Shown piece after piece: positions 58,023-64,000 of a stretch of DNA of 64,000 nucleotides (positions within the stretch are counted from its first letter, which is position 1; each line of letters opens with the position of its first letter). The stretch spans positions 1,972 through 65,971 of the forward strand of contig CAYVXW010000005.1 of the NCBI GenBank assembly GCA_964455585.1. Direction: 5' to 3'. The translations under genes and the position numbers were made by a program. The notes beneath the pieces are model-generated. The model saw only the letters and a program-made list of their open reading frames with translations. It was not told the origin of the DNA and did not search any database. This DNA comes from an uncultured Christensenella sp. (GTDB lineage: Bacteria; Bacillota; Clostridia; Christensenellales; UBA1242).

Positions 58023-58757
58023 GTGTTATACCGAGAGGGTGCAAAAGCACGAACCGAGTGTATCTATTTCGATGCGACAACTTTTATAGATATACTCCGT
58101 TCGCTCATTACATTCGCTCAGTCGATATGACACGGGTTGAATATTATATGTGTCATACCGAGAGAGCGTAAGCGAACCGAGTGTATCTATTTCCAATTAA
58201 CCACTTTTCGTTCTAGATTCTTCCGCTTTCGCGTTCAGAATGACATAAACCGAGTGATTGCACCACTCGTGTCATTCTGAGGAAGGCAACGCCGACCGAA
58301 GAATCTAAAATGTGCAGTTTGATTTTGGTAAGGATTATCCTTATAGATATACTCCGTTCGGAAACTAATGTTTCCTCAGTCGATATGACACCAAATAATA
58401 TTCTCCCCGTGTCATACCGACCGAGGGGGTTGAAACGACCGAGCGGAGTAAATCTATAAAAATCATCCTCTTGTACTTTTTCACTTTTCACTCTTACTTC
58501 TTCACTTGCAAGGCCATGCCTTGCGTGTGTCATACCGTATTCGACCGCAAGGGAGAATCGCCGTCACCCACTAGAGCACATTATGTAGCGTACACTTGTG
58601 ACGGCACAAAGACTTGGTAGGTTGCTATTACATAAAGCAAACAAGTGAGCGGAGTGTATCTATTGGGTTATCCTCTTGTACACTTCTTCACTTTTCACTT
58701 TTACTTATTACTTGTGGCGACCCTGTTGTCACTTGTCATTCTGAGTGGGTGTAGCCG
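58023..58757. repeat. Mosaic repeat cluster 1 (families A, B, C and long variant D)
   Basis: A units at 58023, 58086(rev), 58150, 58343(rev), 58409. B at 58211(rev), 58271, 58735(partial). C at 58467, 58672. D at 58527-58663. Confidence 0.85.
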
Positions 58758-58830
58758 TATTTTTGTAATTAACACCTAATTTTATGTTTTTTCATATAAT
58801 TAAGTAGTTTATGCGTGCAAAGGGGGAAAT

Positions 58831-58911
58831 ATGAAAATTTATTGCTTTAAGTCGCCAAAGTTTTTAAAACCGCTACTAATATTAATTTTTAAGAAGAACT
58901 ATAGCAAATGA
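58831..58911 (+). CDS. Possible 26-aa leader ORF
   Basis: Strong RBS AGGGGGAAAT. MKIYCFKSPKFLKPLLILIFKKNYSK. Its stop overlaps the next ATG (ATGA). Confidence 0.25.
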   Translation: MKIYCFKSPKFLKPLLILIFKKNYSK

Positions 58912-59156
58912 AAATAATAATTTATGTGGATTTTAGCCACAAAGATTTTAATAAAGACTTTATGTTGTCACAAAGTTTGCTACCCGACCACACCGTTTTG
59001 CTTGTGACAAACAAAGAACAACTTAGTAGTAGCATTGGGACTTATGACCTAGTACTACTAGGTTTTTCGTGTGCGGAAGGGGTTAGTGTGACGGGGAAGC
59101 CCGTGTTTGATGCCAAAACCGCCAGTATTAGCGAACTTAATAAGATTTTAAAATAG
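58908..59156 (+). CDS. Hypothetical 82-aa protein
   Basis: ORF followed by terminator hairpins at 59169-59200 and 59223-59268. Confidence 0.4.
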   Translation: MKIIIYVDFSHKDFNKDFMLSQSLLPDHTVLLVTNKEQLSSSIGTYDLVLLGFSCAEGVSVTGKPVFDAKTASISELNKILK

Positions 59157-59306
59157 CCTTAGTTTCCGCCATCTTTTAGGAAAGGTGGCTATTTTTTTGG
59201 ATAATAAGGGCGTAGAGAATAAAGTATCTAAAAAAACTTTTATTCGGATACTTTGGTTTTTTGTTTGCTTATAATTTTAAGTTAATGTAAAATAATAAAG
59301 TAAATA

Positions 59307-61562
59307 ATGAAATTTGGAAAGGTTGCAAGCGTGACAAAAAAAGACAATAGGTATTATGGTGCAAAAAAACGCCAAATGCCATTTAGTTTAATATTGTTAA
59401 TATGCTTGGCAGTGTGTATTGTTAGCACTACTGTGGCATATTTTTTTGCATCCGATTGGGCAGGTAAATACACCACAATGTCCGGTAAAGTAGATATCGA
59501 GGCGGTCAGTAGCACGGGCTCAAGCATTGAGGATAGAGTAGACGGCGATGTAACCATATCCAATTTGAAAGTGTCGCTAGAGGATAACTACAAGTTTTTA
59601 ATTTCAGGTATGGATATAAAAATGCCCGCTTATGTAAAGGTATATCAGTCCACCACAAAGCCTCTCCTTAGGGCAAAGTTCTCCCTTAAACTATATAAGA
59701 CCACAACTGGTGGTGATGTGCTACTAGAGGGGACAAGTGACCCCAAAAACATTTCTACCCAAATGACCTCAAGTATACACTCGGTTATAGAGACAAATGG
59801 TTGGGTTCTAAACGATGATGGATATTATTATTACATAAAAGGTAGCACCATTCAAGACCCTGTTTCTAATACAATAATGTACGAAGTCGATGCAACGGCG
59901 GGTAATGTTATTGAGCCGTTTGTAAAGGATACCGACCTTATCAAATTTCCCGAGGATATTGATGCCTCCTATTCGGGTTTGAAAATTAAGTTTTCAGTCA
60001 CCTTTGAGGCTATACAAAATTATATTCCAAACCCCGATGACGATGGAAAAACCAACCTTCCAAACACAATTGCCAATTCAAAGCGTATCTTTGATGATGG
60101 CGACGAAATTGGTGGGGGGGGGGCTAGCCTAACGGAGGAAGAAATCTTCCAAATATATCTAGACGCCCTAAACAATATGTCCACAACCCCAACGGGCGGA
60201 TATGTGGCAAATAGCATAGGTTTTGGTTTCCAAAACGGATATAGTGAAGGTGAAAAAATAACAAGCGCCTATAATGGTAATAGTTATGATTCTTTGTACT
60301 TTATTCTTGAAGATAGCCCTACAACCTCGTATGTTGAATATGACCCTTATTCGGATGCTGTAATCTACTGGTATCCTAAAAAAGTTGACAACAAGTATGT
60401 GGTGAAGTATGTAAATGGTGGCGAATTGTACCAAGATGACGAAGTTACGGTCAATGACCTTGCAACCGCAGTTTCGGATCAATATTCGTCCGTTGTGGAA
60501 GCGATAAAAAAGGACTCTTTTGGTTTAAGTGGTTCCACATCTTTTTCTGGATTTTATGAAGAAATAAAATTAGTGTTCCTTGAAGACTATGGCTTTAGCG
60601 AGCAAGTCGTGGACGCAAATGTAAATTACACCTTGGATAAAAGTGGTGGGGTATATAATTTTGTTGTTAGTGGTGATTGTGCGGAGTATATTGATGGCAC
60701 TTGGACTAGACTAAAAATGAGTGCTACAGTCAAATTCAATGGTACTATGGTTTACAAATCTTCCTTTGAACAATTGGAACAAGTGGGCACTTTGCCTAGC
60801 GATATTACTGAGGAATATAGGGTTGTCGAGGACTATGCAATAGAAGGTTATTCAACCAAATATAAGCCAGACATATCGGACATAGAAATACCGGAGGAAT
60901 ACAACGAAATTCTTAAATCGGCATATGCCAAAATGAACGCCAATAACGGCTTTGTGCTTAAGGATTATACCTGGATAAGTTGGACTGGTGAAGGTGACGT
61001 AGATAGTGGTGCGTTTGGTAGAATATCCGCATACGATGGCACTAATAAGGAATCGGCATATAGTGTGGAAAAATATTTGGATGTGGTGGATTATACCGAT
61101 TGGTCAAAGGGTGTGTTGGACTTTTATTATGCGTTCGGCTATGAAGATGGTTCATTGTACTATTACAATAGCGACAATAAATCTATAGCAACAGATAGTA
61201 ATAAAGAAAAAGTTGCAAGTGACCAAATTGAAAAATTTAATTCGGCTTTATCTACAATTGGTGACTATATTGGCGAAACGGGTGGTGATACGGTTACTAA
61301 TTTACGTGATGCGTTAGTCAGTTTTGGTGTTTCGGAATCTGAAATAGTGGCATCGTACACAAAAAATGGTGACACCTATAAGATATCTGTTACTGGAACA
61401 GTTGAAGGGGTAAGGTGGGAATGTGCTATTGAGTTTACTGAAGACGCCATAACTAAGTACTATTTTAAGATAGAACAAAACTATCCTGACAAGGAAAATG
61501 GTGCTTGGCATTATAGTGGATACGATTTTGAAGCCTATAGCACTACTTATAAGCCTATATAG
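59307..61562 (+). CDS. Large secreted/surface protein with SipW-type (TasA-class) signal peptide
   Basis: N-terminal PFSLILLICLAVCIVSTTVAYFFASD resembles the SipW-cognate signal class (..gTyAyFtD). 751 aa, T/S/Y/G/D-rich. Confidence 0.6.
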   Translation: MKFGKVASVTKKDNRYYGAKKRQMPFSLILLICLAVCIVSTTVAYFFASDWAGKYTTMSGKVDIEAVSSTGSSIEDRVDGDVTISNLKVSLEDNYKFLISGMDIKMPAYVKVYQSTTKPLLRAKFSLKLYKTTTGGDVLLEGTSDPKNISTQMTSSIHSVIETNGWVLNDDGYYYYIKGSTIQDPVSNTIMYEVDATAGNVIEPFVKDTDLIKFPEDIDASYSGLKIKFSVTFEAIQNYIPNPDDDGKTNLPNTIANSKRIFDDGDEIGGGGASLTEEEIFQIYLDALNNMSTTPTGGYVANSIGFGFQNGYSEGEKITSAYNGNSYDSLYFILEDSPTTSYVEYDPYSDAVIYWYPKKVDNKYVVKYVNGGELYQDDEVTVNDLATAVSDQYSSVVEAIKKDSFGLSGSTSFSGFYEEIKLVFLEDYGFSEQVVDANVNYTLDKSGGVYNFVVSGDCAEYIDGTWTRLKMSATVKFNGTMVYKSSFEQLEQVGTLPSDITEEYRVVEDYAIEGYSTKYKPDISDIEIPEEYNEILKSAYAKMNANNGFVLKDYTWISWTGEGDVDSGAFGRISAYDGTNKESAYSVEKYLDVVDYTDWSKGVLDFYYAFGYEDGSLYYYNSDNKSIATDSNKEKVASDQIEKFNSALSTIGDYIGETGGDTVTNLRDALVSFGVSESEIVASYTKNGDTYKISVTGTVEGVRWECAIEFTEDAITKYYFKIEQNYPDKENGAWHYSGYDFEAYSTTYKPI
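60114..60123 (+). repeat. Poly-G tract (10 G) inside the surface-protein coding sequence
   Basis: Read directly: GGT GGG GGG GGG GCT, encoding GGGGA. Confidence 0.9.
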
Positions 61563-61650
61563 ACAAAAGGTGGGCTTCCACAAAGAAATTGGCAAAGGTG
61601 TGGTGCTTAAGGACACATGCTTTGAAAAATACTATTGAAACTATTGTTTT

Positions 61651-61700
61651 GATTTGAAAAAATACTATTGCGACAGTTGTTTTGTTGCAATAGTATTTTT
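61651..61700. terminator. Bidirectional terminator
   Basis: AAAAAATACTATTGC...GCAATAGTATTTTTT, a 10-bp stem flanked by A-run and T-run. Confidence 0.6.
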
Positions 61701-61745
61701 TATAAATATTTATAAGGGCAATCCTTATAAAAATCAAATTGTACG

Positions 61746-62872
61746 TTCTAGATTCTTCCGCTGTCGCGTTCAGAATGACATAAACCGAGGATTGTTCCGC
61801 CCGTGTCATACCGAGAGAGGCACATCGTGCCGAACCGAGTGTATCTATTTTCAATTATCCTCTTGTAAACTTTTTCACTATTCACTATTACCTGTGGCAA
61901 TTCTATTGCCACCTGTCATTCTGAAGCGAAGCGAAGAATCTCTATTTTCAATCATCCTCTCGTGTCACACCGAGAGAGTGCAAAAGCACGAACCGAGTGT
62001 ATCTATTTTAATAGGACAACTTTTATAGATATACTCCGTTCGGCTACTATCATAGCCTCAGTCGATATGACACACGTAATAAACCATTCTTGTCATTACA
62101 TAAGCGAAGCGAAGAATCTCTACTTTAGGTCGACCTCTTGTACCTCTTCACTTTTCACTATTACTTATTACCTATGGCAATTTTATTGCCACTCGTGTCA
62201 TACCGACCGAGGGAGTTAAAAACGACCGAGCGGAGCGTATCTACTTTCAATCCAAGCCAACGGCTTCCGTAACTCTTATTTTTTATTTTCAAGTCGCTAG
62301 ACTGGTCTGTCATTCTGAGCGGGCTTTAGCCCCGAAGAATCTCCGCCGTTCGTTTTGCTTGGTTGTAATATGCACTGCACGTTCTAGATTCTTCCGCTTT
62401 CGCGTTCAGAATGACAAATAAGGATGATTGAAAGTAGATACACTCCGCTCGTGCTATCGCACTCGGTCGGTATGACACACGCAAGACATAGCCTTGCAAG
62501 TGAAGAGGTGAAGAGTAAATAGTGAAGAGGTGCAAGTGGATGAATTTTAGTCTATGTCATTCTGAGCGGGCTTTAGCCCCGAAGAATCTAAAACGTGGAG
62601 CGAGGCAATTCGTGTCATATCGACCGAACTGGTGCCAACCAGTGAGCGGAGCATATCTATATAAATCTAACCGCTTGTACACTTATTCACTTTTCATTCT
62701 TCACTATTACCTGTGGCAACAGGGTTGCCACCTCGTGTCATACCGTATTCGACCGTAAGGGAGAATCGCCGTCACCCACTAGGGTACATTATATAGTGTA
62801 CACTTGTGACGGCACAAAGACTTGGTGGTTTGCTATTCCTTAAATCAAACAACGGGAGCGGAGTGTATCTAT
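61746..62872. repeat. Mosaic repeat cluster 2 (families A, B, C and long variant D)
   Basis: A at 61803, 61962, 62025(rev), 62195, 62435(rev), 62612. B at 61746(rev), 61915, 62092, 62309, 62382(rev), 62556. C at 61859, 62134, 62479(rev), 62671. D at 62735-62872. Confidence 0.85.
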
Positions 62873-62895
62873 AAAAATTTAACCTCTTAGCCAAT

Positions 62896-62925
62896 AAAAA
62901 AGCCAAGCGGTTTGCTTGGCTCTTT
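62896..62925 (-). terminator. rpmB terminator
   Basis: AGCCAAGC-GGTT-TGCTTGGCT with a T-run on the minus strand. Confidence 0.65.
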
Positions 62926-62927
62926 TA

Positions 62928-63122
62928 TTAACAACAATGGTCGTTATTCTTAAGTGTTTTAAGACATTTTGTACAAATGTACTCGTTTTGGATTTTGCCG
63001 TCTACTTCGATAGATTTCTTTTGTAGATTGGCACCCCAAGTTCTTCTTGTAGCGATGTGAGAGTGACTTACTTGGTTTCCAGCCACCTTTTTCTTACTAC
63101 ATATAAAACATTCTTTTGCCAT
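62928..63122 (-). CDS. rpmB: 50S ribosomal protein L28
   Basis: MAKECFICSKKKVAGNQVSHSHIATRRTWGANLQKK matches the L28 N-terminus. Start moved to ATG 63122. Confidence 0.85.
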   Translation of the reverse strand: MAKECFICSKKKVAGNQVSHSHIATRRTWGANLQKKSIEVDGKIQNEYICTKCLKTLKNNDHCC

Positions 63123-63378
63123 AGTGTAATTCACCCCCGAGGTATTTTATCTGTATTTTGTTTCAAACAAATAGAGTATAGCAAATTAAAATGGAGTTGG
63201 CAAGACTTTTTTGAAAGTTTTGTTAACTTTAGTCAATTATTTTTCTAAAATCCCTTGCCAAATGTGCTTTCTTATTGTAAAATTAGTATGTAGTATCATT
63301 GTGGGCTTTGTCACATTACTATTTTTGTGTAAAGTTCTATGATGTTACAATAACAATTACTTAGTAAGGAGAGATATA

Positions 63379-63711
63379 ATGGCAGTTAAAACAAGTAATG
63401 CCTATGGTAGTATTACTATAGACGACGAAGCAATTGCGTGCGCTACTGGGCATATTGCCAGAGAGTGTTATGGTGTTGTTGACCTTGTGGGTCAAGGTTC
63501 TGTTAAGTCAAAGAATGTCCTTACTAGGGGCATCAAGATTATAACGGTTGGCAACAGAATTTATATTGATTTGTTTGCTATCCTTAAATACGGGGTGTCT
63601 ATCGGGACTGTTACCGACAACCTAAAAAGTGCGGTTAAGTACGGGGTTGAACAGTTTACGGGTATGATTGTTGATAGTGTAAATATAAATGTAGTCGGAG
63701 TTAGAGTATAA
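63379..63711 (+). CDS. Asp23/Gls24-family (alkaline shock) protein
   Basis: GSITIDDEAIACATGHIARECYGVVDL... Conserved position between rpmB and the DAK2 gene (yloU-like). Confidence 0.75.
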   Translation: MAVKTSNAYGSITIDDEAIACATGHIARECYGVVDLVGQGSVKSKNVLTRGIKIITVGNRIYIDLFAILKYGVSIGTVTDNLKSAVKYGVEQFTGMIVDSVNINVVGVRV

Positions 63712-63742
63712 TACTCCGTTTAAGGATAAGGATAAAGTAGAT

Positions 63743-64000
63743 ATGTTGAAAACAATTAATAGCACTATGTTTAGGAAAATGATTATTGCTAGTGCAAAGA
63801 TTTTAGATGATAACAAGGGCTTTGTAGATTCCCTTAATGTATTCCCAGTGCCAGACGGCGATACGGGTACAAATATGAGTATGACCTACAACAATGTGGT
63901 CAAGGAACTAAACAACTGTTTGGATAGCGATTTTGCGGGTATTACAAGAGCGATTATAACCGGCGCACTTAGAGGTGCAAGGGGAAACTCGGGTGTTATT
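63743..64000 (+). CDS. DAK2-domain protein (YloV-like), N-terminal fragment
   Basis: NVFPVPDGDTGTNM and RGNSGVI are DAK2-domain signatures. Runs off the right edge. Confidence 0.8.
   Translation, partial: MLKTINSTMFRKMIIASAKILDDNKGFVDSLNVFPVPDGDTGTNMSMTYNNVVKELNNCLDSDFAGITRAIITGALRGARGNSGVI

Noticed and set aside
58213-58533. 106-aa minus-strand ORF inside repeat cluster 1
   Set aside because: It is composed entirely of repeat units and has no RBS. Its peptide motifs recur in other frames and strands in cluster 2, so it is a translation artefact.
61555-62758. ORFs 61555..61854(-), 61654..62028, 61962..62219, 62326..62535(-) and 62522..62758 in repeat cluster 2
   Set aside because: They overlap each other and the terminator at 61651-61700. 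They consist of repeat units (CHTER/CHSER/KRSEES peptide artefacts) and lack credible RBSs.
58023-62872. Possible CRISPR array in the repeat-rich regions
   Set aside because: The units belong to at least three sequence families and occur in both orientations. They abut one another without uniform unique spacers, and no cas genes are present. The pattern is a REP/BIME-like mosaic, not repeat-spacer periodicity.

Overview
The window has two parts. Positions 1 to ~43.5 kb are an AT-rich temperate siphovirus-like prophage, cut by the left window edge. Gene order: serine integrase, CI/Cro switch, a recombination module (Rad50-like ATPase, RecT, MBL nuclease, SSB, ERCC4 nuclease), replication genes, two DNA methyltransferases, TerS, a ~5 kb accessory island, TerL, portal, scaffold, capsid, tail with -1 frameshifted chaperone, tape measure, fibres and membrane proteins. 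From ~43.6 kb on is a Firmicutes-type housekeeping block: lipoprotein, pcrA, ligA, rpoZ, priA, def, fmt, rsmB, rlmN, rsgA, rpe, a repeat-flanked island, rpmB, asp23-like and DAK2-like genes. The main finding is a complete diversity-generating retroelement (DGR) at the end of the tail-fibre module. Its target gene (38711-40015) ends in a 110-bp variable region (VR 39896-40005). A template repeat (TR 40089-40198) differs from VR almost only at TR adenines and is built from AAY codons. A GC hairpin follows VR, and a DGR-type reverse transcriptase lies at 40327-41406. No Avd-like gene is visible. Other points: three 9-10 nt poly-G tracts in an AT-rich background; a GAAAAAGAT iteron array after TerS; duplicated structured elements and paralogous promoter modules; a probable multispecific C5 methylase; no recognisable endolysin; and two dense mosaics of about 28 short repeat units flanking an island between rpe and rpmB. 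All protein calls rest on motifs read by eye, with no database search. No tRNA, rRNA or CRISPR array was seen.
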